DNA from: the human T2T-CHM13v2.0 reference genome, Homo sapiens
DNA length: 64,000 bases
Assembly: GCF_009914755.1 (NCBI RefSeq)
Contig: NC_060929.1
Strand: one strand, 5' to 3'
A program made the translations under genes and the position numbers. Shown here piece by piece: positions 39,499 through 55,725 of this stretch. Each line of letters starts with the position of its first letter. Positions within the stretch are counted from its first letter, which is position 1. The notes beneath the pieces are model-generated. The model did not search any database. It was not told the DNA's origin and was given only the letters and a program-made list of their open reading frames with translations.

Positions 39499-39974
39499 TG
39501 TGAAAAGAAAATAAATCTTGGGGCCCCAAAATCACTAAGATAAAGGGAAAAGTCAAGTTGGGAGCTGCTTAGGGCAAACTTGTCTCCCTTTCTTTCAAAG
39601 TCACCCCTCTGCTCACTGAGATAAATGCACATCTGATTGCCTCCTTTGGAGAGGCTATTCAGAAACTCGAAAGAATGCAACCATTTGTCTCTTATCTACC
39701 TATGACCTGGAAGCCCCCTCCTTGCTTTGGGTTGTCCCACCTTTGCTTTGAGTTGTCCCACCTTTCCAGACTGAACCAAAGTTCATCTTATATATGTTGA
39801 TTTATGTCTCATGACTCCCTAAAATGTATACAATGGATAAAACCAAACTGTGCTCTGACCACCTTGGGCACATGTCATCAGGACCTCCTGAGTCTGTGTC
39901 ACGGTGAGCATCCTCAACCTTGGCAAAATAAACCTAAATTAACTGAGACCTGTCTCAGATATTCGGGGTTCACA
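39499..39974 (+). mobile_element. MER4A-type ERV1 solo LTR
   Basis: tgtgaaaagaaaataaatcttggggccccaaaatcactaag...aaataaacc...ggggttcaca. Confidence 0.9.
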
Positions 39975-40590
39975 CTCTCATTGCCTGAGCATGTATATTA
40001 ACATCTATAGAGTGGTAGTTAGCAGCTTTGAAGGAAATCTCTGTGGCAAAGTACAGCCCTCTTTTATAAAATTCTGTGTCATCCAAGCTCTTAGTGAAGC
40101 AGAGTTTGTTATTGTGTGGATAAACACAGACATCTACAACTCTGAGTCAGAAAAAAGACAATATTTAGAAAAGGTAGATTCCAAATGTGAAAGTTTTAGA
40201 AATGTCGTAACCCATTGATTGCACTTGTGATGTTCTTCTTCTGTCTGCACAAGAGTGATGCATAAATTTTAAAAAATCTGAAAAAGTTATTTCATTATTA
40301 TAAAAATTCCAAGCGTTAAGAAGCATTGTAACAATTTTAATGCCAGTTCATTGTTGATTTCACTTGTGATTTCACTTGTGATTATTTCACTTGTGATGTT
40401 CTTCTTCTGTCTGCACAAGAGAGATGCATAAATTTTAAAAAATCTGAAAAAGTTATTTCATTATTATAAAAATTCCAAGGGTTAAGAAAGCATTGTAACA
40501 ATTTTAATGCCAGTTCATTGTTCTTTATTAAAGATGGATAAAATAATAATGCTTCTTAGAATTGATTCCTCTTAGAGTCTGTGAAATACA
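39975..40590 (+). mobile_element. TcMar-Tc2 (Kanga-like) transposon 3' fragment
   Basis: Relic peptide SFIKFCVIQALSEAEFVIVW resembles the pogo/Tc2 C-terminus (SFKKC..NALDG.ED..W); end tcttagagtctgtgaaataca resembles the Tc2 TIR. Confidence 0.55.
40222..40522 (+). repeat. 134-bp tandem duplication with 12-bp stutter junction
   Basis: 40222-40355 versus 40388-40522, three differences. Confidence 0.97.
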
Positions 40591-41650
40591 GCTCCATGGA
40601 TGTCTTATACTCTCTTACTTTGGAATTTCTATTTCCCTCCTGTTCTGTTTGTGTATGACTTCCTTTTTGATCTTATTTTTGGGTCTTTCTATAAGTTTGG
40701 AAGTAATACACTATTTTTAATCTTTGGTGTTTACTTGAAAAAATACTACATATATAATTAACTTATCCAAGTAGAAATTAATCAAAACCTTTACTCTTTC
40801 CCTAATATGAAAACCTTACCATTAACTCTAATTATCCACCTCCTGATGTAACTGCTATTGTAGTTTGATATTTTAATTCTAACTTTTAAATGTTAACACC
40901 CTTAGACATTTTTACAACTATTTTATATAATTGTTGTTAATTTCCATTTGCCCATATATATAACACTTTTCTTGTTCTTTAGTTCTTTCTTGCATCTTAG
41001 ACCTTCTATCTGGGGTCACTTTATTTCTACCTGAACAGCGAATCCTTTGGAATTTTCTTCACTGAGGTTCTGATGGTGACCAATTCTCAGTTTCTGTCTC
41101 TCTTTTTCTCTATATTTTTATATTTTCTGACCTTAGAATTCCAGACTGGCAATTATTTTCTTCCAGCACATTTAAAATATGATTTTTTGTTTCTATTTTT
41201 GCTGTTGAGATGTCTTCTGTAAGAATATCTATTTCTCCTTTAAAAATCATTCAACTGCTTTTAAGTTTTCTATTTTGACTCTGGAAAATGTTCAGGTGTA
41301 GATTTCCTTTTAATAAATTTACCTAGGATTTGTTGGGTTTCTCAAATCTGTGCATAGGTAAATTTTATCAGTTATAGGCAATCCCAGCCATTATTTCTTT
41401 GTGTATTGTTTCTGTTTATCCTCTTCTGGACTTCTGAATAAATGCATGCTAGAACTTCTCAATATATTACCCTTATTTATTACCCTCTCCTCTCTATTAT
41501 CTATTTTTATTTTCTATGCTGATTTCCAGATAATTTACTCTCTCATTTTTTTGCCATGTCCAATCTGCTGCCAAAATGTCCAGTATTAATTTCCAGTTAC
41601 TATATTTCTTAGTTGTAAAAGCTATTTATATTTTTACATCTGCTATGTGA

Positions 41651-41971
<321 letters not shown>

Positions 41972-43579
41972 TCTCTTCAGTTATTTTTGTCATTTATTTC
42001 ATTAAACTTTGTAAGCATAGTTGCTTTAAAATATAAAGTCTGTGCAGGTCTGTTTCCACTATCTCTTAGTTCTCAATCATAGATTTTGTTTCTTTGTATG
42101 CCTTTTTATCTTCCATGGCTTGTTGCTCTTGCCCTTGAACAATTAATTGTAGGGAGTTCCTGTGATGTAGGAGTGACTTACCCCTCTCCAGAGGTCTTTG
42201 GCCCTTGCTTCTTCTTCTAGGTCCTTGAGGCACTACCAGTAAGGGCCATCTCATGCCAAGTTCACAGCTTTAAAGTTCCTGGACACACCCAGGTTATGCC
42301 TTCATAGGATACAAATTCATTAGAGAGCTGGTCGACAACCACAGTTTCTCAGGATTTCTCCCCTTTTATTTCCTTTCCTCCTGCTTTATTCAGTGCCAAA
42401 GTGGTTTTCTCTGAGTTCTACCTCAGTGAAGAACTATGAGTTTAGATCTGGTTTTCCTTATCTGAGGATAGTCTTTTGGGGTTGTATTTCAATGTGGGTG
42501 TCCTCTAAGTATTCTCACTTTTGTCCTTCGTTTCTGACCCTTGCCCTTTACAGTCACTTTATAGGATTTTAAGTGTGTGGAAAAGACACATGAGTTGGGT
42601 GCTTTTAAATTCCCCTACTTGTCTTGTTACTCTTAGCTAGCAAGAAAAGACAACCTCATTGCCTCTTCAGCTCATCAATACTGTAAAGGAAATGTGTTTA
42701 TTTTAGACATTATGCAATATTTTTCATGGTTTTCAGTGGGAGGGTAGATCCAAATAATCTAGCTTGACATTACTGGAAACCAGAAGGCACATTTGGGATT
42801 TCTAAGATAAACATTTCAAAATGAAAAACAAGAGCAGATTGTCATATGGAAATTTCTGGCCCAGCACACCACATAGTGCAGATATTCCACGTCCCCTCCA
42901 GAAAAGAAGACATCTTATCTTACAGGACTGTGTTGAGGATTAAATTAGATAACAGGTGAAATTGCTAAGTGAAGTGCCGGTGCTCAAGAAAAGTTTAAGT
43001 CTGAAATCTAAGACAGAGAACTCAGTTTTTCTAGTGTTAATGCTGGAGGCAGTCACTATGGGGTTTAGAGATGACTTGCCACGTGGTTGAGCAGATCATT
43101 AGAAACACCCCAACCCCTTGGCCTTTGGGGGATTTCAATCAGAAAGGATCAGGGTGGGCGTTCTGAGCTCTCCCAGAATGGCAGGCCCGGAGGAAAAGTC
43201 AAGCTGAAGTGCTTAGGGGATTAAAATAAATAAAATGCTTCGCCAGAGATTAGGATTCAAGTATCAGTCTGATTTAATGATTCCAGAAGGTTAATACACA
43301 CCCCAGGCAGGCAGCCAGTTGCCCTCAGCTGGTTTGGTGCCAGCAGGATTATGGTGAGGGGTGATGGTGTCTCTTCCACAATTCTGGTTTATTTGAGAAA
43401 CAGAAAGAAGCGGGGATAGATGGAGAGCAGTGAGCAAAGAGGAGTGTGGAGGAGATGAGGCCAGATGGGTGGGCAGAATCTAGATCACAGAGGGGACTTG
43501 AGAGGATACAGAAGGGAATTTAAATTCATTTCCAAGTATAATGGGGAACTATTGAAGTCTTTTAAGCAAGTAAGGAATG

Positions 43580-44015
43580 TTTGTAGCAGTTTAATTTAGG
43601 ATAACAAAAACAACAAAAAAGCAAACAAGCCAAATGTCCGTCAACAGGTGATTAAATAAACTGTGGTAGAATGAATACCACTCAGCAGTGGAAAGCAATG
43701 AAGTATTGATGGACACAGCCACGTGGCTGAATCTCAGAAACACTGTGCCGAGCAAAGGAAGTCAAGCACGAAGAAGCACATGCTGTATGTCTCCAGTGCA
43801 AGATAATCTATACTGACATGGAGCAGATCAGTGGTTTCCTGGGGCTGCAGGGGGAGGGAGGGTGAACTGCAAAGGGGCATGGGGAACTTTCTGAGGGGAT
43901 GGAAATGCTCTATAGCTTGATTATGGGGATGAACACATGGGGCCTATGTATTTGTCAATTTGTACACTTGAAGGGTATGCATTTGGTGCAAAGCTACCTT
44001 AGTAAATTTTTAAAA
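43580..44015 (+). mobile_element. L1ME-like 3' end
   Basis: caaatgtccgtcaacaggtga...gcagatcagtggtttcctgggg...gatggaaatgctctatagcttga. Confidence 0.8.
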
Positions 44016-44547
44016 ATCTCTAGCAAATAAATGTAAATTACTTTCATTATATTCTGAACCACTGCAAGAGTTCAAGGTTAAGGAGAAAATGGATGCACAG
44101 ATATTCACGTCACAGAGCCTTTCAATTATTAAATTCCAACGGAACTTTGAGCCTCTTGCTTTCTAAAGCAAAAAGGGACATAAACGTGGCCTTGTGTTTC
44201 TCACACTCTTTAGAATAACATTGTCCAGGAGTGCTCAGTGGAATGGATGTTCCCACCCTCACTTAAACATGGGATGTTGCATTTTAGGGAGGTGGCAAAT
44301 ATCCTGCTCAAGGTAACCATTGTGACCGAGCAGAGGTAAACCTAAAACCCAGTCTGTGAGATACCCCAGTTCATCCCTCTTTACACTGTTCCAAGGGCTG
44401 GGCAGTGAGAGGTAGATGAAAGCTCCAATTCTAACACATAGGTTTCATGAGACTGCTGTCTTCCCCAGGAGTCAAGGGGCTTTAGGTTGAATTAAGAGGT
44501 CCTACCACCAATATCAAGTGATCTGATGGGGTGACTCCTTACGCTAA

Positions 44548-44762
44548 CCAAGTTTCTCAAACTCAGCACTATTGACATTTTGAACTGGAAATTATTTGCT
44601 GTAGGGATGTTGTCCTTTGCATTGTGGGAAGTTTTGCCTCTTCCTACTATTAATAGATACCAGTAAAACCCCAACCCCATTTGTGAGAACTAAATTTGTC
44701 TCCAGACACTGCCAAATGTCCCAGGGGTGGAAGGGGAATTGTCCCCGGTTGAGAACCACTGC
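44548..44762. mobile_element. MER20 (hAT-Charlie)
   Basis: tttctcaaactcagcactattgacatttt...tgtctccagacactgccaaatgtcc...ggttgagaaccactg. Confidence 0.9.
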
Positions 44763-45092
44763 CTTAAACCTTTCCATGGTTCTCCATTGTCCACAGGATG
44801 TAGTCTATGCTCTTTAGCATGGCTTAGAAGGCCTGTGCAATCTGCTCCACCCCCTCCAGTCTCCCTCGCCTCACACATGCCACTTCCCTCGTCACATCGC
44901 ATAGTGCAACAAGAACAATCCATTGGCCAATTGCTCCTTCTCTAAACACCATCCTCTTTCTTGCTGCATGCCTTTGTTCACTCTGTGCCTTCTTCCTAGG
45001 ATGCAGTCTTCTTTCCACTGTCTTTTCTCAGCTAACATCTACTTAATTCTCAAAATTCAACACAAGAATGACTTCTTTTGATGGTTTCCTAA

Positions 45093-46040
<948 letters not shown>

Positions 46041-46902
46041 GAAAGTTGTTTTTCTTTAAAGCCTTTGGACTCTCCCAAGCTGGGCAAATTCTCCTCTGAC
46101 TCCCCCATAGAATTTTCTTTCTTTTCTCTTTTATTTTACTGGTTACACTGTGATTAACTCTTTATCTATAGGCCTCTATTAGCCAGTGAGCTTTTGGGGA
46201 TGGGGGTGCTGATGTAATTGCATATGTGTACTAGGGCTCAGCAAAGACCCTGGCCCGGAGTCTCAGGAAAGGCCTGGGACATGGACCTACCTGTAGGACA
46301 ATTACATGCAAGAAAGCCTTGGGCCAGGTTGACATCTGTGCTGCAGATGGGGTGGACGCACTGCCTTAGCAGGTAGACACTCTGTCCAGATGCAGGGGGC
46401 TGGGGCTGGTGAGCCCTCTGGGTTTCTTCCTTCCCTGTTCCTAAAGGACAATTTTACTAATAAATCGTGTTATAGTCTGAATGAGTCACCAGAAAAACAT
46501 GGGTTGGAACAAAGACAAGATTTATTTTTTTACTGCCAAGCACAGCTAATGGATTTTAACTTTAACTTCCTGTACAACCATGGGAAAAAGTGCCCTTAGC
46601 TGAGAGGTGGAAGTGGATGCATAGGACAAAGGACAGCCAGGGGCCATACTTGACAGAGCGTGAGTTGGAGGGGATACCCTCCATCATCCTGAGAAAATGC
46701 TCGGAAGCCCTGGGGCTCCAAACACTCTTACTGGTGACCCAGGGCAAGACACCCCTGAGAACACAAGAAGAGACGACCAGCAGGCCACTGGAGAGCTGCC
46801 CGAGGTTGATTCTGCTGTGGGCTTGTACTTTACTGTATTACCAATGTGTCCCCCACCTCCCAGTGCTGGTTGCTTGTTATCTTCCTTCTTGTCCTTTTCT
46901 GG

Positions 46903-47485
46903 ACAGTGCTAGGGCATGGCTCCCCACTGGGGCCCTACTGGCCTTTGGGGAATGACAAGTTTCTGGTATGAGGGACTGTCCTACACACTGCAAGATGTTA
47001 AACACCCTGGCCTCTGGTCACTAAAAGCTAACTAAAATGGTTTGGCTGTGTCCCCACCCAAATTTCATCTTGAATTCCCACATGTTGTGGGAGGGACCCA
47101 GTGGGAGGTAATTGAATCATGGGGGCAAGTATTTCCTGTGTTGTTTTTGTGATAGTGAATAAGTCTCATGAGATCTGATGGTTTTATAAAAAGGAGTTCC
47201 CCTGCACAAGCTCTCTCTCTTTGCCTGCTGCCATCCATGTAAGATGTGACTTGCTCCTCCTTGCCTTCCACCATGATTGTGAGGCTTCCCCAGCCACTTG
47301 GAACTGTTAAGTCCAATTAAACCTTTTTCTTTTGTAAATTGCCCAGTCTCCTGTATGTCTTTATCAACAGCATGAAAACAGACTAATACACTAACAATAC
47401 CCCATCCCTGTCATTGTGACAACCCCAATGTCTCCTCCCACTCTGTTCAAATGCCACCTGAGGCAGCTGAGCACATCTAAACTAG
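46903..47485. mobile_element. MER3-like hAT element split by THE1
   Basis: gggactgtcctacacactgcaagatgttaaacaccctggcc...gtcattgtgacaacc. Confidence 0.7.
47033..47390 (+). mobile_element. THE1B-like solo LTR
   Basis: atggtttggctgtgtccccacccaaat...gactaataca; 5-bp TSD ctaac at 47028 and 47391. Confidence 0.95.
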
Positions 47486-47637
47486 GGCCTCTTATGCTAC
47501 CTGCCTAAGGGAAGGACCATTGCAGCTCAGCATGGGAGAACAAAAAGGTACTTTATTTGATATTTTGGGTTGCAAGCTCCTCTCCTTTAAGCTTTCAAAG
47601 TCCAAGCACTCAATAACTGGGATTACTTTTATCTATA

Positions 47638-47852
47638 GACCAGGGTCAGCCAAATGGACCCAAATCCACAGGCCAAATCTGGCCCACAACCTGTTTTATT
47701 AACGCACAGCCACACTCATTATCATATGTTTTCTATGGCTACTTTCATGCCATGTTGGCAGAGTTGAGTAGCCACAATAGAGATCAGATGGCCCACAGAA
47801 CTGAAAACATTCACTGCCTGGCCCTTTAGAGAAAAAGTTTGCTGACTTCTGT
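47638..47852. mobile_element. MER58A
   Basis: cagggtcagccaa..ggccaaatctggccc...gcagagttgagtag...gaaaaagtttgctgac. Confidence 0.88.
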
Positions 47853-48869
47853 CATGGACAGTGGTTTTGAAAAATTAAGTGCCTGGTCAGACCTGAAAGA
47901 TTCTCTCACTCAAGGAGGAGGGATCAGAGGAGAAACAAGAAAACCCTGACATCAGTGTGCCCCTGAGAAGGGGCTCTGTGCTGCGTCTCCACTTCACAAC
48001 CCACGTGTGGTCCATGGGAGGAATGGAGGCGATAGACTCTGAAAGGGTGAAAGAGTCAACAGCAGAGGGAAATTGACTCTCATTTCTTGGGTGAAGCCTG
48101 GGGCACTGCATGCCCCACAGAATTCTCAACTGGTCAACATTACATGGGGGATAGGAACTCTATATTAGAAATGACTTTTGAATGCAGCTAGGGAAGTTGG
48201 TCTGAATCAGTCTCAGAGAGCTCCCACTTGCCCCAGTGTGCTGAAGGGAGCAGTTGAATGATTCTCCTTGTGGCTTACAGTAGTATGGAGATAGGGTATT
48301 CATTGGGCAGATTCATCAAGATTCCTGTAGAATGGCAAGATTCCTCTAGAATGCCATAAGATATGAGAATTGGCCAGAGGCCAGGGGAGGTTGATGGTCA
48401 GAATGAGGAAAGCACTGATGGTTCCTGGTGCTAAAAACCAGCTGGGAATGTGAACAGCTCAGTGGATACACACTAGAAGAGAGGGAGGCATCAAGGACCA
48501 GAATTCCCTTCCTACAATGCCTTACACTGTGAAGCAGCATGCCCTGCCCCAGGAGAGATGTAACTCCAGAGATAGGGGCATGAACCTTACTGATCTTACT
48601 GACTGAGTTTTAGTTTCTACGTTCTGGTGGAATCAATGCATGAATCAAACTTCAGTTAAAAATAAATTGATTTCACTGTACATCTAAATTTGTAGATTGA
48701 AAGTCATACCTGCAAAAACTTATTGCCTGCATTTCCTTTGCACTCCCTTGGATTAAGCACTGTGGAGGGCCTGAAAAATGAAACCAGTAAAGCCGCTCCC
48801 CTCCAGGAGTTCTCAGCGTAGGCGTGGAGGGAGCCATATCTGATCTCACCATTATACAGAGTGACAGCC

Positions 48870-49160
48870 TGCTCATGTATATTTCTATGTGTGGTTGAGG
48901 AGAGGGGGTGGGAGATAAAACTGAAAGGATATGTGAGGCAGGGCTTCAGATGCCAGGGGAACCACTGGAAGATTTTAAGCAGAGTTATATGTACATGCCT
49001 GTGTTTCAGACAGGGCCCTCTGGAGCATGAGGAGGCTGAGATGTGGGCAGGAAGAACAGTGAATAGCCTCTTGCAACAGTCTTGGGAAAGTGGGAAGGTC
49101 AGGTCAAGGAAGGGGCAGTGGTTATAGAGAGGAGGAATTGATATAAGAAAGATGTGTAGG
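48870..49160 (-). mobile_element. L2 fragment
   Basis: gggaaccactggaagattttaagcag. Confidence 0.65.
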
Positions 49161-49270
49161 AAGTTGGGAGAATGGGGCCTAGTGGCTTATTGCCTGGGAG
49201 AGGAGGATTTCCAGGTCAAATTTTGAAAGGTGCTCCCACCACTCCTCTGGATTTTGTAACTACACCTTTT

Positions 49271-49445
49271 CATTATTATTATTATTATACTTTAAGTTTT
49301 AGGGTACACGTGCACAATGTGCAGGTTAGTTACATATGTATACATGTGCCATGCTGGTGTGCTGCACCCATTAACTCATCATTTAGCATTAGTTATATCT
49401 CCTAATGCTATCTGTCCCCTCCCCCCAACCCCACAACAGTCCCCA
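49271..49445 (-). mobile_element. Young L1PA (about PA2-PA3) 3' end, about 175 bp
   Basis: gcaggttagttacatatgtatacatgtgccatgctgg, acaacagtcccca; TSD gtaactacac(c)tttca at 49256 and 49446. Confidence 0.95.
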
Positions 49446-49765
49446 GTAACTACACTTTCAATGTTGCCTCCAAAATATCATTATGAGGCAAGCTTCATAT
49501 TGTGTTTGTTGCAAGGCTCAGGAAAGGCAGCATATTAGAGTGTACTTTTGCACAACCATAAATAAGCTTTGGTTGAATCAATAGATTGGTCATCTTTGCC
49601 CAGCACTTCACATTTCACAAAGAACTTTCACGTGAATGATCTGTGAGTTAGGGATCACAAATCTCCCCATCAGAAGATGAAGAAAATAAGCCATGATGAG
49701 ACCAGATGACAGCTCATCAATTTGGTGAGAATTGTTGTTCTTTTGAAGCCATTTGCTGTTCCGGG

Positions 49766-50193
<428 letters not shown>

Positions 50194-50289
50194 TAAGAAG
50201 AGATGCCTACCATTTTGCCTACTGAATTCGGGGACGACCTCCGTTCTGCTCTGCCTACCTTCTGAGACAGGTGGAAGATCTGAAAAGGT

Positions 50290-50480
50290 AGGAACATGGA
50301 CTCTGGAGTCTGAAAAATCTGGGTTTGAACTCCATGTCCACCACTCATTTAGATCTCTGACTTCAGACTTAACCTCTTTCTGCCTCAGTTTCCTCACCTA
50401 TCAACTGGGGATAATGTTAGAATGACTGTAAGGATTAAATGCTATGATGCATGTAAAATGCTGGACCTATGGTAAGCACC
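50290..50480 (+). mobile_element. MIR
   Basis: catggactctggagtc..ctgggtttgaac...cttaacctctttctgcctcagtttcctca. Confidence 0.9.
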
Positions 50481-50860
50481 TGCTATGGTTTAGATGTTCG
50501 TCCCTTTCAAACCCCATGTTGAAATGCGATGTCCAGTGTTGGAGGTGGGGCCTGATGAGAAGTGTTTTGGTAGTAGGAGTGGATCCCTCATGAATGGATT
50601 AGTGCTCTCCCTCAGGATGAGTGAGTTCTCACTCTGTTAGTTCCCATGAGAGCAGGTTGTTAAAAGAGCCTGGCACTTCCCCCCTCTCTATTGCATTGGC
50701 TCTTGCCATGTGATTTCTGCATACTCCAGCTCCCCTTCACCTTCCATCATGAGTGGAAGCAACATGAGGCTTTCACCAGAAGCAGATGCACAATCTTCAA
50801 CTATCCAGCCATCTGAATCATGAGCCAAATAACCCTTTTCAAAAATAAATTACCCAGCCC
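50481..50860 (+). mobile_element. MST (MSTB-like) MaLR LTR, 3' end missing
   Basis: tgctatggtttagatg..cagtgttggaggtggggcct...ataaattacccagcc. Confidence 0.9.
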
Positions 50861-51225
50861 TGCAAAGACCAGGGGCAAGGCTGTCCCAGGCAGAAAGGCC
50901 AGCTGGGCAGAGATATCATACAGCAGTATCAACGCAAGAGCGTGTGAGGAACAGAAGGGAGGGCAGTGTGACCAGCATGGTAAGCCCTGGGGGGCTGGCC
51001 TCAGTCATGATCAGAGGGAGAGAGAGGTAGGGGCCAGCTGACATAGGGCTGGACATACAATAAGGAATTTGGAGATGGAGCTCAGACTAGCAAGGTGACA
51101 GTGAATATGGAGGGAACTGGATACCTTAGGGGTATATGTTTTACAGACAGGATTGATGGGGTATGCTGATGGATTCAATATGGAGAGTGAAGAAAGTGGA
51201 ATAAAAGTTAACACATGGACAGAAC

Positions 51226-52053
<828 letters not shown>

Positions 52054-52789
52054 TAACACTTTGATTTTTGACATGAGCAGTTTGGTACATGTTGAGACCT
52101 AAAAGGTAGATGGTGGAAGGCTGGGGGAAAGGTAGTTTGAGATTGTGTTAAATTTTAATTTTCCATTGGACATTATTATGATGATGACCAACAGGTGGGC
52201 TGGAGTTGTACAGAGAGGCCAGAGCTGGAACTAGAGAACTCTGAGTCCTTGGTACCAGGTAGTATTTAAAGATATGGAGAGGAATGAAATAACTAGAAAC
52301 AGCATGTGCTCAGCGGTCGGGTCCAGATGAGATCCCCGAGGCACTCCACATAATCTTTGAGGGACGGGAAGGGGAGAAGTAGCCAGCAAAGAGACCGAGA
52401 AGGAGCAGCCAGGGAGGTAGGAGGACATGTGATTGGTATGAGAAACTGTCCCACACACTGCACAATGTTAAACACCCTGGCCATGTGAGAAGAAAGCATT
52501 CATAAGTGTGCTCATAGAGTGTTAGGAAGTGGGAAAGAGAAAACAGCTGGAAAAGTGCTTTGTAACACACAGATACTATAGCTTCAAGTCACACAAAAGT
52601 GAGAGATTAGGCCAAAACCTCAAACCCAAGTCCTTAAGCCAATGTGCCCAACTAGAGGAAGGCCGGAGGTCCAGCATTACTGGGTGCTTTACTACTTGTG
52701 ATCCTTCTGCAAGGCAGATATGATTATCAGCCCATTTTACAGATGGGAACTATGAGGTCCAAAGAGGCAAAGCAAACTGCCTCACTTCT

Positions 52790-53915
52790 AAGTGTTGGAT
52801 TTTCTTGGGGCTTGGTCCTGAGTTCTTCGAATTTGCTACGTAATTGACCTAGAAAATCTCACTCAGTTCCAAGGCTTGAAATAACACGTTAAGCTAATAA
52901 CTCCCAAAGTTAGATCTTCAATCCGAACCTCTCCCCTGAGCTATCGACCATTTCTGACTGCTCACTTGCTGTCTCTACCAGGAGGTCTCCCACATATATG
53001 TCCCAAACGGGACTCCAGAGCCCCTCCCCCAGCTCCTTTCTTTCCAACCTGTTTTTCCCTCTAGCCTTCTCCCTCATGGGAAATAGCACTAAATTCACCC
53101 AGTTGTGTCATTTTAGATATCTTCCTCTTTTTAGCCCCCAGAACTCATCCATCACTGATACTCATTTCTTCTGCCTCCTAAAACTCTCTTGAACACACTC
53201 CCATCTCTCCATCTTTACTGCCACCCCTACTTCATCTAAACTGCCATTCCTCTCTCCTGGGGGACCACAGGAGCCTTCTCAGTGGCCTCCCAGATTTCAC
53301 TCTTGTTTCCCTCCAATCCACCAGCAGCCAGAGAGATCTTTAAGAAAACAAAGTAAAATGGATCACGTCATTCCTCTGCCTAAAAATACCCTCCAATTCA
53401 TTGTTAAGACAAAAGTCCAAAGTCCTTTCACGGCCCACCCAACCCATGTCCTGCCTTGTCCTACTGGCCTTGCCACCTTCATCTTGTGCCAGCTGACCAT
53501 CCCCCTCCCTGGCACTCTCCTCCAGGCACCTGTTTTCATTTCTTGGCCATACCAAGCTCTTCTTGCCTCTAGGCCTGTGCCTTGTCCACTCCCTATAGCA
53601 GGCTCCCCATCCTTCAGGTCTTGCTTCAAACCTCTTCTGAGAAACATTTCTTTGCCACCCTCTCCAGGGAAAAATCCCTTCCTGTTAACTTACCTTATAC
53701 TCTCATTCTTTTCTTCACTGGCACCATTACATCTTTCTAACCCATAATTGTACATTTGTTTCTTTGCCAACTTAGTTATTAGGAACCTCCCCTACTGCCA
53801 GACCATGATAACAGAGTTTGTTTTTGTCAGTGCCATTCATCGTTGTATCCCCAATACCTTGCGTTGTGCCTAGCACATAGTAGGTTCTCAACAGCAGTTA
53901 CTGCATGTTGAATGA
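52790..53915 (+). mobile_element. L2, about 1.1-kb 3' portion
   Basis: ccgaacctctcccctgagct...cagcagccagagagatcttt...tgtgcctagcacatagtagg..gttgaatgaa. Confidence 0.88.
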
Positions 53916-54704
53916 AGGCCACAGAGCCAGCCAGAGGAGGATGATTAGGATGTGTCTACATGACTTCTTGAACCATTGCCCTATTCTGATTCACACTGGG
54001 TAGCTGCCTTGAAAAGAAACACAGTAGCATTTATAAATAGCTCTTTGAGCTTGTGTACCCTGCCACGGGGCTAGAGTTTCCCCCCAGCATTGCCTGTCTG
54101 TTCAGTCCCCTCACAGAAGGCCTGTGTTTGGGGTTCTGAGATCTGGAATGCCTTCTGGCATTTTCTGCTCAGTGAGCCCATCCATTCCCATTTGCTTCAG
54201 AGGCGCTGAAGATATACATTGCAAAAGGCCTTCTTGCAAATTGCTGGGGAAGGGCATGTTCCGGGCCAGGGATTTCTCTGGCTGCCCCTGCAGGAGACAG
54301 AGGGTGAGCTCCAAAGGGGTTGCTTTGGCTGCACAGTTTGGCATTGCTTTGGCTGGCTGGGGATGGCAGAATAGGGGAGCCGGGGCAGCTGCCAGGCCTG
54401 GCCCTGGGGATGGCAAGAATGGATGGGCGGAATAGAGCCTGGACTCCAGGGCAGAGCACACAGAGTCCGAATGCAGACCCAGCATCCATGCAGCTTATGA
54501 CCTAGCAGTAGAGACCCAACAGGGCTGACTGTGAGTTGTGGTCAGTGTTGGCCAGATGGGATGTCCACTGCCTGGAGATGTGGCCATACATAACTGGTGG
54601 TCCTGGGGCATTGGACAACCCCAGGAGACTGGTGAGAGTTCAACTGGCACCACAGTCCCAGACAACAGTCTAGGAGTGGGAAGAAGAGACTCTGAGATAT
54701 TATA

Positions 54705-54930
54705 AAGATCTTGAGTTTTGGAATCAGAAAGGCCCAGGCCAGGGTCTTGATTCCTCCCCTTACCAGATGTATGAGATGAGACAAGCCATGTCATCTCTCT
54801 GAGCCTTGGTTTTCTCAGCTATGAAATGGGACATGTCCCTGACTACAGAGCATATAATAATGACTGGAGACTGTGCATAAAAAGCAAGCCCCCAGAGTAG
54901 AGTCTGGCAGTTAGAAGGCTCTCAGTCATT
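54705..54930 (+). mobile_element. MIR
   Basis: ttttggaatcagaaagg...tctctctgagccttggttttctca. Confidence 0.75.
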
Positions 54931-55514
54931 GGCGGTTACTTAGATAGCAGGGTTGTGGACTGAAACGCAGGAAAACTGGTGATGATCAGAGCAAGGACTT
55001 CAGAAATATCAGAGGTGATGGGTTTTCCTGGGATCACCTTGAATGCACCTTGGCTGGGAGGGAGGGAGGGCACCTTGAATACCCTTGGTATGGAGCTGAG
55101 TCCCTGGACCGTTCTCTTCTCTGGATTATAAATGTATATAATATATGGTATTGGTGGCAGGGTGGCCAGGAAAGATGCTGACATTGGCCTGGGTCCGAAG
55201 TGGGGGCCAGGATGAGCTGTGAAGAGTGATAGGGGCCCCAAACTTGGAGGGTCCCGTTTATCTTTATATTGTTTATTCTTTCAAGAAATTTTGCTTCTAT
55301 ATGCTGAGCTCTTTATCCAGAGCTGCTTTAGAGGAGCTTACTCTCATTTATCCTTTCATTTGTGTGTTTATGTAGAGAAATTTTCTATATGTCTACTCTG
55401 TAGTGGGCCCCTAGTGAAGGCTGGAAACACAGGGGTGAATAAGGCACAACCTCAGCTCTTGGGGAGCTCATGGTCTGGAGGGGGAGCAGATGGGTGTGGG
55501 AGGGAAGCTGTAGG

Positions 55515-55715
55515 GTGATGGCCAAGAGCACACTCTTTGGATACGCTGTCCTGGGCTTGCCTAGCCACTTCTGCCATGTGTAGTCATGTGTCTTATGACC
55601 TGGGCTGTCATCTCATCTCACTACCCCGTTTCTTCATGGGGTTGGTGTGAGAATTGAGTGCAATGTGTTTAAGCAGTGCCTAAGCAATATTAAGCTCTCA
55701 GTAAATGTAAGAAAT
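55515..55715 (+). mobile_element. MIR
   Basis: gtgatggccaagagcac...gggttggtgtgagaattgag...taagctctcagtaaatg. Confidence 0.7.
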
Positions 55716-55725
55716 GGTGATGATG

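Noticed and set aside
39721-39764. 22-bp tandem duplication in the MER4A LTR
   Set aside because: Probably inherited from the MER4A family structure; cannot be shown to be locus-specific.
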